Notes: generated by a model from the letters alone, not told the origin. 64,000 bases of DNA from Octopus vulgaris (GCA_951406725.2 OX597838.1:39742001-39806000), one strand, 5' to 3'; counted from the first letter of the stretch, positions 1 through 16,030 are shown. A program made the numbers and translations.

Positions 1-514
1 TGGGGTAAAATATACGAAGCCCAATATACACATCATGACTACCCGTCTGATAAGGGTACACTGGGCACATGCATCACAACCATATGTGCGCGACATGGTG
101 ATCTCATATCAAGATAAACAGCACATGACCTTGCAGGTGGGGATCAGAATTTTCTTCAGGTGGAGTAGCCCATCCCGCTCAAAAGGTCCCTGAATAAGGG
201 TTGTTTAAGGATGTTGAACGAAACACCATGTTTCCAGAGGTTAATTATCGAAACCCCAAAGAATCTCATTCAACACATGGCTATGATGCTCCCCCACTAC
301 TTCTGCTTGTGATCAGAGATGCACATATCGTCAGCCACTAAGGGACATGCTCAACTGGCTAAAGTCAAACAACTGACAAGCAAATCTGTGGTATTGAGCA
401 GAATATTTGCTGTAGTCCATCTTTTATACCAAGACAAAACAATGTACATGATAACACTTCCAATCAGTTAAGATCAGAAGCCATGAGAACCACTGCCTGG
501 TACTGCATCAGGGC

Positions 515-517
<3 letters not shown>
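1..517 (-). mobile_element. Non-coding ~550-bp (TAA)n-associated retroposon, cut by the window edge
   Basis: Homologous to 51945-52495, 56801-57289, 58530-58730 and 62705-62990; abuts a (TTA)n tract. Confidence 0.8.
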
Positions 518-583
<66 letters not shown>

Positions 584-589
584 ATTTTT

Positions 590-1290
590 TTTCTTCTTTC
601 AAATTTGTTTCCATTTTTACCCGACTCCTAGGGCAAAGAAACTCATAGTATACATTGGTAGGCCATTAAACCAAACTCAATAGTTCGTTCCTTTTTTTTT
701 TTTTTTTAGTTAAATTAAAATAAATGAGCAGCAACAGTTCTCACATCGACAATGCTCTTCTCAATACGTGTGATGTACCAGTTAAGACAATCTTTTGCAC
801 TTCTTGCAGGGATGGTAAGCCAGGTATCATTCTCATATAATTTTCGGTTCCCTTCTTGATCATTCCTAGTGCTCCTACGATCACTGGTATTGTAACCGCC
901 TTGAGATGCCACATTTTCTCAGTTTCAATGAGTAGGTCTTTATATTTTCTGAGCTTGTCAAACTCTTTCGCTGAGATATTATGATCACAGGGGATGCTCA
1001 TGTCGATCAATAAGCAAACTTTATTGTTTTGGTCTTTCACAACAATATCTGGTTTATTGGCCTTGATGGTTCGGTCTGTATGTACTGGAAAGTCCCACAG
1101 AATGGTTACATTTTCTCCTTCAGTTACATCCTCAGGGTGGTGATTATACCACTTGTCGGCAATTTTGATGTTGTAATGCCGACTTATTAGCCAGTGTAGA
1201 TATTGGCCAACTCTGTCATGTCTTAATTTATACTCCACTGGTGCTAAGACTTTACATCCAGAGATTAGGTGGTCCACTGTTTCAATCATG
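590..1290 (-). mobile_element. R4/Dong-type non-LTR retrotransposon, 5'-truncated (zinc knuckle end + restriction-like endonuclease + 3' UTR)
   Basis: ORF 741-1289: ETVDHLISGC..RHD..WD...TDRTIKANKPDIVV..LLID..K..KY, the typical HxxxxC/RHD/PD-D-K RLE signature; flanked by TAA/CAT repeats. Confidence 0.92.
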
Positions 1291-1317
1291 TCGTTGCAGA
1301 ATCGGCATTTTGGGTTT

Positions 1318-2278
<961 letters not shown>

Positions 2279-2289
2279 CCTTGTTGTTG

Positions 2290-2330
<41 letters not shown>

Positions 2331-2331
<1 letters not shown>

Positions 2332-3010
2332 TATGTTTGACTTTTGCATTATGTTTGTACAAGTTGGCTCCAAGACTCACCCAGAGAACTCAAGAGACAA
2401 CAGGTTGGAGGTTTACGTTGTTGTTATGCCTAGTGTGCCATATATTTGGGGTTTTTTTTTGGTGTTGTACTAGTGAATATCTAATACATAAATTTTTTTT
2501 TTAATGTTTGTTTTAAACCTTGGGATTACATAGAGAGTATTTTGCGTAGGATATGAGCTGTTCCCATGAGCACAATCTTTTGAATTTCTGCCATTTTGGG
2601 GTTTCCTGGTATCTGAGTTACGTAGCAATCAGCCTCTTTCGCTATCATTCCCAGGGCCCCTATGACAACAGGCATTGTTTTAGTCTTCAGGTTCCACATT
2701 TTAGTGATTTCTATTTCAAGATCTTTATATTTGCTCAGTTTTTGGTAGGTCTTGACAGATACGTTTATATCGATTGGGACAGTCATATCAATGAGGAGGC
2801 ATGTTCTTTGTCTGAAGTCTTTCAATATGATGTCTTGCCTATTTGCATCTATCTTTCTGTCAGTTTGAATGGTGAATTTCCATAGGAGTGAGATGTCGTC
2901 ATTTTCAAGCAATGGAGGTGGATTGTGTTCCCACCAGTTTTTTTCATCATGGGTTTTTGCAAATCCCAGTGAATATATTGAGCAGCTCTATCATGCCTGT
3001 TGAGGTACTC

Positions 3011-3013
<3 letters not shown>
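2331..3013 (-). mobile_element. R4/Dong-type LINE 3' fragment (family B)
   Basis: Near-identical to 1424-2180 (ORF 2526-2912); sits between TAA tracts. Confidence 0.92.
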
Positions 3014-4433
<1,420 letters not shown>

Positions 4434-5035
4434 TTCTTTTAGGCATTTAGGAAAGATACTGAAGAGGTGTGGTCCTCTGAAACCCAAGCTGTTGTAGTAC
4501 CTGGTCCTGTATTTTGATGGTGATGTTTGGATCTTTGGCACCATGCAGTGGCGCCACGTTCTGCTGTTGGAGTAACTTTAAATGCCAAAATTCGGGACAA
4601 GACCCTCCAGGATTTTCCCTATGTATATCACTGCATATCTCCCCCGCATTCGCTCCAGGAACAAGAGTTTTAATACTTTCAATCTTTCCTAGTAGCTGAT
4701 ATGTCGCATTGAGACGATCTTCTTAGTGTAGCTTCGGTAGATTGCTTCGAGTTCTGATGTTAACTTTATATTGTGTGGTGACCATAGTTGGAAGCAGTAG
4801 TCCAAGCGGCTGAGTACGAATGTCTTCCAAGGGACCATCAGTGTCTCCTTCTCTCTTTTTCTGAAAGTTCGGAGGATCGATCCAGCCAGCCGTCTGCATT
4901 TTATTACCAAATTGGCAATATGCACTTGGAAAGATACATCATTGCTCATGTCAATGCCCTGGTCACACAATGATTTTCACTCAGGAATTACAATTCTTTC
5001 CGGCCCAGTGTATCTGGTCTGCATGTCGTTCATCT
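4434..5035 (-). mobile_element. CR1-group LINE RT C-terminal fragment
   Basis: LGIDMS..ILRTF..LSRLDYC.QLWSP..ELEAI..SLGFRGP.LF; same family as 25928-26850. Confidence 0.85.
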
Positions 5036-5282
5036 TTGTGTGCCGGTGGCGCAGTCATGTTCTTTCTCTGTTCTTTATCCTAATTGTTAATTATTCTTTA
5101 TCCTAATTGTTAATTATCCGTGTTGTATTTATAATTTTATTTATAGAATTTTATTTTTATAATCACATTCTTCATGTTCTTTCTCTGTTCTTTATCCTAA
5201 TCTAATTTTGTTAATTATCAGTGTTGTAGTCATAATTACATCTAAAAACACGTTTTTGTATGTCGATCCGACACAACTTTAT

Positions 5283-5365
5283 ATGCAGTAACCTCTCGCC
5301 ATATCGTGGTTCACATATTGTGATTCACTTAACGCGGTTCACCTAACGCAGTTCACCTAAATGGT
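5283..5365 (+). mobile_element. Tigger/pogo-like MITE end
   Basis: CAGTAACCTCTCGCCATATCG start followed by tandem GTTCACCTAAC units; only one end seen. Confidence 0.4.
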
Positions 5366-5510
5366 ATTAATTACCAACATGTGTAGTCAGATTTAGAGCA
5401 GGTGTACATGTTGCTAAAACATTTTGCAATAAGGACAGAACAATCGCCACCTCGAGTTTTCTGGTACGATGTTACTTGGCAAAATATTCCAGTTGGAAAA
5501 GTTTACTGAC

Positions 5511-5716
5511 CTTGGATAAAGTTGTGTGGAATGGGGAAGTGAAAGGAAATGCTCGATATATGAGAGACGTGAAGAGACGTGTAAGGTAAACGTTATGGAG
5601 ATGTACTTTGGCTTCAAGTAAAGTTTCAAGGTCGTTGGTTTGTAGCTGTATCCAGGAGGTCTTTCATTAACAACACCGATGAGAGAATTGAAGAGAAAAA
5701 CATAAAAAAGCTTCAT
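5511..5716 (-). CDS. Candidate first coding exon of a small secreted protein (exon 5749-5511)
   Basis: ttttatatcag acceptor at 5750, ATG at 5716, hydrophobic leader MKLFYVFLFNSLIGVV, AAG|gtcagt donor; non-repetitive sequence. Confidence 0.35.
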
Positions 5717-6040
5717 CTTGAATGCATCAGAGGCAAGACAAAGACAAATCTGATATAAAATTATTCGCCAAATTTGAAACAAAATTATAAGATGCATCAC
5801 TTTCTTGGGTGTTAACGACTGCAGGAGTTTGAAGGAATGTGAATGGCCATATCATGGAGAAAATCGATATCGGTTCTGAGCTGGATACTGTGGAGGGGTG
5901 TTGATATCTGATGAAGAGCTGATGCCCCATAATATGAGATGCATTTGTGAGGATGTATACATATATATATATAAACGGACGCTAAATGATGGTGATGATG
6001 ATGATGATGATATATATATATATATGCATGATATATATAT

Positions 6041-6072
<32 letters not shown>

Positions 6073-6149
6073 TGTATGTATGTATGTATGTATGTATGTA
6101 TGTATGTATGTTTGTATGTATGTATGTATGTATGCCTATATATATGTGA

Positions 6150-6494
6150 GATAACAGTTTCACTTTAATAGTTTCAGTATCAAATTGAAAATATCTTAAA
6201 TTACATTAGAGAGATGTTATTGTTTCACTTTTAACACGTAATACTGAAATAGTGGAGGAGATATGATATTGTTCTGGGCTCGCACAAGGCAACAAGTAAA
6301 AAAACTTTTCGGACTATGACACTACATGGACCCTCAATAATGTAAGTGTAAAATTTGAATGAAATTGGTTGTGTAGTTCTCAAGTTTTAGGGATTCACAC
6401 AGACACACAGACAGACATCTATACATATACATGTATACATATACATCTATATATATGTACATGCATATAAATACATCTCTCTCTCTCTCTCTCT

Positions 6495-6541
<47 letters not shown>

Positions 6542-6584
6542 TGTATATATATATATGTATACATCTATATATATACATTTGTGC

Positions 6585-6663
<79 letters not shown>

Positions 6664-6830
6664 CTATGTATGTACAAGGCAAGAAGTTAAAAATTCTTTT
6701 GACCTATGACACTACGTGGAACCTAAATAAGGCATGCGTGAAATTTAAATGAAATTGGTTGTGTACTTCTCGAGATTTAAGGTTTCACACAAACATACAG
6801 ACAGACACACATTCTCATCTTTATATATAT
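6150..6830 (-). mobile_element. Two partial copies of a Helitron-like non-autonomous element separated by (TA)n
   Basis: 6290-6420 and 6676-6830 share ctatgacactac.tgga..aaattt.aatgaaattggttgtgta.ttctc..acagacac; the end resembles that of the 43547-43943 element. Confidence 0.5.
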
Positions 6831-6904
6831 GTATGTATGTATGTATTTATGTATGTATGTATGTCTGTATGTATGTATGTATGTATGTATGTATGTATGT
6901 GTAT

Positions 6905-7077
6905 ATGTATGTGTGTTCTCCCAACATCACTTGACAACCGATGCTGGTGTGTTTACGTCCCCGTCATGTAGCGGTTCGGCAAAAGAGATCGATAGAATAA
7001 GTACTAGAATTTATAAGCCTAGTACTTTAGTCGATTTGCTCGACTAAAGGCAGTGCTCCAGCATGGCCGCAGTCAAA
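6905..7077 (+). mobile_element. SINE family 1, 3' half
   Basis: cttgacaaccgatgctggtgtgtttacgtcccc...gtgctccagcatggccgcagtc, shared with full copies at 42200 and 49998. Confidence 0.85.
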
Positions 7078-7424
7078 TATATACATTCATACATATACAT
7101 ACACATATGTGTGTGTATGTATGTATGTATGTATGTATGTATGTATGTATGTATGTATGTATGTATGTATGTATAGTTGTATATTATGTTAAGAACATAG
7201 TACAGTACAATATAAAGTACGCCCATCCTATATATCGCCTGAGGAAACACATCATGATCTCATAATGCTGGGAAACAGTTGCATAATCATGTACCTGCAC
7301 TCCTGGAGAACTACATTGCGTGGAAACAATTGTAGTGATTAAAAAATAAACAACCAGCCGTACCCCTTTTTGTTGAGTCAATTATATATGTATATATGTA
7401 TATGTGTTTGTGTATGTATGTATG

Positions 7425-7482
<58 letters not shown>

Positions 7483-7514
7483 CATATATTTATGTATGTA
7501 TGTATGTATGTATG

Positions 7515-7627
<113 letters not shown>

Positions 7628-7894
7628 ACAAATGGGAAAAATTATGCTTAGATAATTTCTCGTCCGCAGAACGCGAATTAGAACACCGCCCTCTGGTTTT
7701 GTAAACGAAGGCAGTGTGATTTTGGCGTACGTGACTTTTTAAGCGAACATGGTTTTAAAAAGTAGTACTGCCACATTATGTTAGTAAATAAACTTTACTC
7801 TCTCTCTAACTTTATGTGTGTGTGTGTGTGTATTTTTTAAAATCATTTTTACTCGTTTCAGCCGTGCGACTGTAGTCATACATATGTTCAAATG

Positions 7895-8030
7895 ATGCTT
7901 ATTTTATCAATTTCGGAAAGATGAAAGAAAAAATCAACCTCGTCGGAATTTGGAATCAGAACGTAAAGACGGACAAAACACGGCTAAGCACTTTGTCCGG
8001 CATGCTAACGATTCTGCCAGCTCACCGCAT
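7895..8030 (-). mobile_element. Nin/Deu-domain-like SINE, diverged
   Basis: Reverse complement of the gagctggcagaatcgttagca...tttcatctttccg motif seen at 13478. Confidence 0.7.
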
Positions 8031-8199
8031 TTTTGTGTCCATTAACATCAGTGACTTCAAGAAATCCAATTATTGCGACTCATTCTATTACAAACAACAG
8101 CAATAAAAACAACCTCAGTTGCCGAGCCACGGCGAAATAGCAGCCAAATCCCCCTCAAATATAACCAAATGATATACAGATCACAAGTGTATTGGCGCA

Positions 8200-8373
8200 T
8201 AGGCGCAGGCACGGATGTATGGGAAGAAGTTTCCTTCTCAACCATATCGTTCCGGGTTCACTTCATGGGACCTGGGGCGAGTGTCTTCCACTGTAGCCGC
8301 GGACTGACCAAAGCTTTGTGAGTGGATTTGGTAGATGGAAACTGAAAGGAAGCTTGTTGCCTGTATACATATG

Positions 8374-8417
<44 letters not shown>

Positions 8418-8820
8418 TAATCCAAACAAGAAAGCACAAAAAAAAACACAACAACGCGAGGACGTGGAACAAATATAGTATTATTGGACGCTCAGGAAAG
8501 AAGGAGGGTTTAACGTTTCGAGCGGAGCTCTTCGTCGGAAACATAGGAGAAGGAAAGATCCAGAGAAGGGAAGACACAGGAAAAAATTCACCAACGGTAC
8601 ACACGAGGTCACACTTTGATATATATATATATATATATATGTACGTGTATCTTTCTGTCGGTTCGTCCCCAGCGTTGCTTTCTTTACATCCATGTAACTT
8701 AGCGGTTGAATAATTTACCAGGCTGTAAAAAATAAGTCAATTCATTCGACTAGAATTTCTTGAAGGCGGTGCCCCAACATGGACGCAGTCTAATGTCAAA
8801 ATATACAAAAGATACATAAA
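8200..8820 (+). mobile_element. SINE family 1 copy split by a Penelope-derived insert in its internal (TA)n
   Basis: 5' half 8200-8365, 3' half 8640-8820, insert ~8412-8620. Confidence 0.7.
8508..8542 (-). ncRNA. Minimal type I hammerhead ribozyme motif (U4C core variant)
   Basis: gttt-CCGACGA-a-gagc(tcc)gctc-GAAA-cg-TT-aaac: 4-bp stem I, 4-bp stem II, palindromic stem III (ACGT). Confidence 0.65.
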
Positions 8821-8961
8821 ACACAAGTCATTCAAATGAATAAATATATTAAAGAAATTTTTTTTTAAATTACGAAAATTGCTAAATAAATATTTTCAGC
8901 GTTGATATGCATATGTGTGTGGCAATAACTGCGTGTGTGTATGTTGGTGCCAGTTGGTTAC

Positions 8962-9102
8962 TGTGTGTGTGTGTGTGTGTGTGATAGTATCTGTGTGTGT
9001 GTGTGATAGTATATGTGTGCGTGTGTGTATGTGTGTGTGTGTGTGATAGTATCTGTGTGCGTGTGTGTATGTGTGTGTGTGTGATAGTATCTGTGTGCGT
9101 GT
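8962..9102. repeat. (GT)n-based minisatellite with recurring GATAGTATCT spacer
   Basis: Four gtgatagtat units visible. Confidence 0.85.
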
Positions 9103-9269
9103 TCTAATGTGGCTCTGAGAAGTCAGCAGCTAGAGTGGGTGGGTGTAGCCGTGCGTGCGTGTGTGTTTGCATGTGTGCGTAGATGGACGGATCAATAGGT
9201 AGACAGAAGGAGTTTGAAGGGTGTGTGGCTGTGTGTGTGTATTGACATGTGTCCGCAGACGGAGTGGGA

Positions 9270-9314
<45 letters not shown>

Positions 9315-9337
9315 TCACTCTCTTTGTCATTTTGTCT

Positions 9338-10235
9338 CTCTGCGATGCAGCCAAGACTTTTGGTCTTACCGTCAATTTCAAGAAAACTGAGCTTCTGTAT
9401 ATTTTGATGGAAAAACATTAAAAACTGTTTCCTCTTTCACTCGTCTTCGATCCATCGTGTCCAAGGATGCGAAAATTGATCAAGAAATCGATTCGAGAAT
9501 CGGGAAATCACAGGCTATGAAACAACCACAAGGTATCGTAAATGATGAAAGTTAATGTAAGATGGTTGTCTTGACAACATTGCCTTATGGTGCTGAATCT
9601 TGGACTTTGTACCAAAAGCACATCAACCAACTTGACGCTTTTCATATGCAATGCGTGCATACTACCTCCAACTTGAAACCGAGCGACCATATTCCTAACA
9701 GTGAGGTACGATCAGAATGCAACATATCAGGTATTAAAGTCGTCCTCATCAAATACAGTTTAGATAGTCAGGTCATCTCTCACGTATTCTGAAGCAACTT
9801 CTCTTTGGCCAATTCCTGTCAGGAAGGTCAGTTGTAAGGCCATTCCAGCGCTTCAAAGACAAACAAAAAGACAATCTGAAACGATGCAATGTTCCCTTTT
9901 CTTCTTGGGAAACCAAAGCACCAGATCGCAAGGACCTAGCACTGGTCCTGCTTCTTCTAAGGTTTGAGAAAAATCGACTCCAACACCGGGAACAACTTCG
10001 TGCAAGTATGAAGGTACGCTGGCAAAATACTGCTCCTCTCAATAGAAATCTTAGCGTCAGTGTGGTCTTATGGCACGAAGCAAATCAGGCTTTATTGTCC
10101 ACTCGAGAAAACACATGGTAAAGGACCCGGAAGCACTGAAACAAAGTGAGCACTTAACTTGTTTTATTTGCGAAAAGATTTGCAAGGCACCAGGGGGAAT
10201 CAAAAGACACCACATTCGGGCCCAGAGAACATGGT
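9338..10235 (+). mobile_element. RTE-clade LINE, decayed 3' part with C-terminal zinc fingers
   Basis: FGLTVNFKKTE; VLTTLPYGAESWTLY..L.AFH; KQLLFG..RFKD..K.NLK.C; CFICEKICKAPGGIKRH. Confidence 0.85.
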
Positions 10236-10298
10236 TAACGCTTTATTTTACTGAACCTACATTTGTCGTTCACGACAAGATATAATCTTGTGTGTATG

Positions 10299-10915
<617 letters not shown>

Positions 10916-11669
10916 CACACACACACACACACTTACGTGCGCAAACACGCGCACGCATAAACATGCACACATACACACGCGCTCGCAGAGACCTGTCGCG
11001 TGCGCACGCACACGCACACACACACACATACACACATACAAACACACACACACACGCACGCACACACATATATTTCCATATCTGTGACTTGTGTTTGTCC
11101 CAAGTCACGCATTCATTTTCGGTTTTGGCTGTTTACGTCATCGTAACTTAGGAATTCGACAAAAGGAGAACGAGAGAATGAGTCGCAGTCAGAAGAGAGA
11201 TAAGCTCAGCCGTCGATGAGTGTGAGTAAACACGTTGATACGGTGCTCCAGCATGGCGGTTTTCCAAGAATCGAAACTAGTAAACGTCGGACGATAAAAT
11301 CTATTTTGTAGGTAAATATTCTCAAGGGAGAGAACTCTTAACTATAAACCATTTATACTTGAGATTAGTCTCCCATAACAGGTTGATCTTAGAAAATGGC
11401 TGTCAAGCGGTTTTGCGGCATTGTCAAGGGAAATAACTCCCGTAAAATATATTTGTGAGTAATCTCCCTTAACACCAAATGTTATGCCGGTGTTATAGTG
11501 CAGAGGGTGAGAGACAGAGATAGAGACAGACAGACAGACAGACACGTACATCGGTGAATGAAGGATAGACACATATTCTGTGTCATTCCATAAATTATGC
11601 GGGTTTTTTTAATAATTTATTTTTCAAAATTAAGTTAGGCACTGTTTTTTTTTTTGTCTAAAGTTTTTT

Positions 11670-11733
<64 letters not shown>

Positions 11734-11744
11734 ATATATATTTA

Positions 11745-11951
11745 TTCTTATTCCCCGTCTGTCTTGATAGACAATGGGTTGCGCCAAGGGTGGGGCCTAC
11801 TTTGATGATGTGCAGCGTCTGCTGTGACTGCACAGTCCAATTCTAGAGTGGCAGTCCTTGGTACAGTTGCTGCACACGAACATCGATAGGTACGTGTGGG
11901 GTGTTGCTGCAGTTGTCCTCCTCCTTACCGTCAATGTCCTCCTTCTTACCG

Positions 11952-11952
<1 letters not shown>
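11745..11952 (-). mobile_element. RTE-clade LINE extreme 3' end
   Basis: Minus strand reads FVCSNCTKDCHSRIGLCSHSRRCTSSK*, the CxxC..SRIGLxSHxRx(C/H) finger typical of RTE C-termini. Confidence 0.8.
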
Positions 11953-12034
<82 letters not shown>

Positions 12035-12180
12035 ATATATATATATAATGATAAATCTCAGAGCGAGTTATAATATGCAACACGATATATATGTATATAT
12101 ATATATATCACACATACACACGCATATGTATATATATATATATATATATATTTCATTTCATTCAATCTAATTTCGTATGT

Positions 12181-12223
<43 letters not shown>

Positions 12224-12278
12224 TATGTATGAATTATGTATATGTATTATGTATGAATGTAGGGCGGTAGGGAGGTAT

Positions 12279-12420
12279 ATACAGTAATGCCTCGATATAG
12301 ACGCTAATTTGTTCCCAGAGATCGCTCGTGAAGCGAAAACTCGTGAACCGGTGCCATAATTTCCCATAATAGCAAAAAATATTTTTTCAATAAAATTTAT
12401 AATACTCGAAAATAAATGAG
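12279..12420 (+). mobile_element. Tigger/pogo-like DNA transposon end
   Basis: TA-CAGTAATGCCTCG terminus and internal aatttcccataat motif; partner TIR not found. Confidence 0.45.
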
Positions 12421-12783
12421 AATAAAACAACAGCAGAATGTAAAGAATATTTTATGTAAAGTAAAAAGAATGTTGAGGTCATTTATAATAAGAAGTATTA
12501 TTATTAGAATTGTTTTCTGAATCACTGTCACTCGCATTAGACTCACGCACACCATCACTTGAAAATCTGATCACCGATTCACAAGCACTCGTAGACGGAC
12601 TTGTAGACTTCTTTTTAAAACACAAGTCTAGAATTGTTTGCTTAGAATTCTCTTTTTCTTTTCACTCTCTATAAATTTCTTCATAACACACACAAGCATT
12701 TGTTACGGTAGAGGTCTCGAAATTTAAGTGCATTTTCAGCAACACATTTTCCTATGTATTTCTTTTCTGCTGCTAAATATATA

Positions 12784-12880
<97 letters not shown>

Positions 12881-13477
12881 TACGTACGAATGTATGTGTG
12901 TATGTATGTATATATGTATGTATGTGTGTGTGTATGTATGTATGTATGTGTGTGTGTATGTATGTATGTGTGTGTGTATATGTATGTATGTGTGTATGTA
13001 TCTATGTATGTATGTATGTATGTATATTCTTTTATTCTTTTATTTGTTTCAGTCCTTAAATTGCGGCCATGCTGTAGCATCGCCTTTATTCGAACAAATC
13101 GACCCAGGACTTATTCTATTGCCGAACCGCTAAGTTATGGAGACATAAACATGCCAACATCGGTGTCAGTTCTCACAGGTTGTATGGTGTACACACATAC
13201 ACATACCACATCCACACACACATATGTGTGTATGTGCGTGCGTGTGTGTGTATACATATACACACATACACATACATGCCTCTTCACCTTCTGGATGCTC
13301 TTCCTAATGTCAACCACTCTACTGTGTACTGGGTGCTTTTTATGTAGCACCAGCACCAGTGATTTTTACCTGGTACCAGCACCAAGGTTTTAGGATATTA
13401 ATTCTGTGGAGGTGGGCTGGTCATTTTGACTACAGCAATGTACCACATATTTCAGTCTTTTATTATCTCCTTCCGGA

Positions 13478-13705
13478 AGGTGGCGAGCTGGCAGAATCGT
13501 TAGCACGCTGGGCGAAATGCTTAGCGGTATATTCGTCTGCCGTTACGTTGTGAGTTCAAATTCCACCGAGGTCGACTTTGCCTCTCATCTTTTCGGGGTC
13601 GATTAAATAAGTACCAGTTATGCACTGGGGTCGATATAATCGACTTAATCCCTTTGTCTGTCTTTGTTTGTCCCATCTATGTTTAACCCCTTGTGGACAA
13701 TAATG
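13478..13705 (+). mobile_element. Nin/Deu-domain-like tRNA SINE, full copy
   Basis: tRNA-like head (B box gagttcaaattcc) plus central gcct.tcatc.tttcggggtcgat.aa.taagtacca. Confidence 0.85.
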
Positions 13706-14029
13706 ACATAAGAAGAGTTAAACGTGTTTCTTTTGACATTCACAACAACAACTAACATATTTTGCATCTGGTTCTCCCCTGATATATTGGGAACAAATAT
13801 GCAAATATTTGTAGTGTCTAATTTTACATCCACTACATCGAATGTGTGTCATCTACCAAATCCACTCACAAGGCTTTCATGAAACCAAGACTATAGTGAA
13901 AGACACACACCTAAGGTGACATGCAGTGAGATGGAACCCAGAACCATGTGGTTGGGAAGAAGGCTTCTTATGACACAGACTACCTTCATTATTCTACAGT
14001 TTTGTTACAAGTAATCTCTGAAATCAATG

Positions 14030-14312
14030 TATGTTCATACCAGAGAGAAGCTGTATCATGTTCATATCTGTGGTAAATAATTCTGTTAAAATAGTCACTT
14101 GACTAATGGCTTCAGACAAGAGAGAAGCCATAACATTACAATATCTGTTGTAATTTATTTTCTGTAAATGGTGTTTTAATTATACATGAATATGTTCATA
14201 CCAGAGAGAAGCTATGTCACGGTTATATTTGTGGTAAATTATTTTCTCGTAGACCTAACTTAACTGTATGTCAATGCATTCCTTCAGGAGAGAAGCCATG
14301 TCAGTGTGACAT
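14030..14312 (+). pseudogene. Decayed tandem C2H2 zinc-finger array (3-4 fingers)
   Basis: HTREKLYHVHICGK*F, EKP*HYNICC, HTREKLCHGYICGKLFS and GEKPCQCDI at ~80-bp spacing, matching the HTGEKPYHCDICGKSFS consensus but with stops and indels. Confidence 0.8.
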
Positions 14313-16030
14313 CATCATCATCGTCATCGTTTAACATCCGTTATCCATGCTGGCATGGGTTGGACGGCTCGACTATAGTCTGGGAAGCCAGGAGGCTGCA
14401 CCAGGCTCCAGTCTGATCTGGCAGTTTCTACAGCTGGATGCCCTTCCTAATGCCAACCACTCCATGAGTGTAGAGGGTGCTTTTTACGTGTCACCAACAG
14501 AGGAGGCTGGTAATGGCCACGATCGGTTGGTGCTTTTCACTTGCCACTGACACAGAATCCAGTCAAGGCGGTGCTGTCATCAGCCACATTCGGATGGTGC
14601 TTTTTATGTGCCACTGGCATGGGTATCACGACTACAATTTCCATTTGATTTTCATTTTGATGTTGATGTACTTGACTCAGTAGGTCTTCTCAAGCACAGC
14701 ATGTTTCTCTACGATCCAAGGTACTTTTGAGTGAGCTGGGGCTGGTTCTGTACAACTGGTGTGGGATACAGCCGTGAACTCACTTTATTTGCTGGGTCTT
14801 TGCAGTCACAGCATATCTCCAGAGGTCTTGGCCTTTCGTCATTGCCTCTATGAGGCCCAATATTCGAAGGTCATGCTTGACCACCTCATCCCATATCTTC
14901 CTGGGTCTACCTCTACCCTGGATTCCTTCAGCTGTTTGAGAGTGGCACTTCTTCACACATCTCTCCTCATCCATCTGTTGTACATGACCATACCAGCGCA
15001 AAAGTCTCTTTTGCACGCCACATCCAATGCTTCTTATGTCCAGCATTTCTCTCAGGGCACTTACACTCTGTTGTGTGTGCACACTGACATTACACATCCA
15101 GCGGATCATGCTAGTTTCATTTCTTTTGAGCCTACGCATGTTCTCAGCAGTCATGGCCCATGTTTCACTGCTGTGAAGCATGGCAGTTCGCACACATGCA
15201 TTGTATAATCTACCTTTCACTCAGAGCTAGAGGCCCTTTGTCACCAGTAGGGATAGAAGCTTTCTGAACTTTGCCCAGGCTATTCTTATTCTAGTGGTAA
15301 CTCTCTCTGAGCACCCACCTCCACTACTAACTTGGCCACCCAGGTAGCGGAAGCTATCAACTACTTCTAGTTTCTTCCCCTGGAGTGTAATGGAATCTGT
15401 TTTCTTAGTATCAATGGTGTCTATTGCCCCTGTGCATCTGCCTCACACGAAAGCTATCTTCACGGTTAATTTTCCTTTGATGTTGCTGCACCTCTTATGC
15501 ATCCATAGCTTACACTGGGTACATTTTATGGAGTTTCTACCTACATCTTTTCTACAGATAGAGCAGGGCCGCCTACCTAAGGGGGTGTGTGATGAGTTCG
15601 CCTTCCTACTTACTAGAACTTTGGTCTTTGCTACATTGACCCTAACACCTTTTGATTCTAAACCTTGCTTCCACACCTGAAATTTCTTCTCTAGTTATGG
15701 TAGTAATTCTGCTATGAGGGCCAGGTCATCAGCATAGAAGAGCTCCCAAGGGCAACCTGTCTTGAATTCCTCTGGAGGACTATGATGAATAAAAGGGGAC
15801 TGAGGGCTAATCCTTAGTGGACCCCTACTTCTACCCGGAATTCTTCACTATACTCATTGCCAATCCTAACCTTACTAATGACCTCTCTGTATAGGGCCTG
15901 TACAGCCCTTATTAACCATTAGTCAATCCCCAGTTTCTGCATCGCCCACCTGATAAGGGATTGCGGGACCCTGTGAAAGGCTTACTCCAAGTCCACAATA
16001 GCTATGTATAGGGGTTTATCTTTGGCTACA
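14310..16030 (-). mobile_element. RTE-clade LINE, 5'-truncated, RT with internal PHD-like finger, (GAT)n tail
   Basis: ELFYADDL, FRYLG, SETW, RWYGHV and RGRPRK.W motifs; 3' UTR ends gatgttaaacgatgacgatgatg. Confidence 0.92.
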
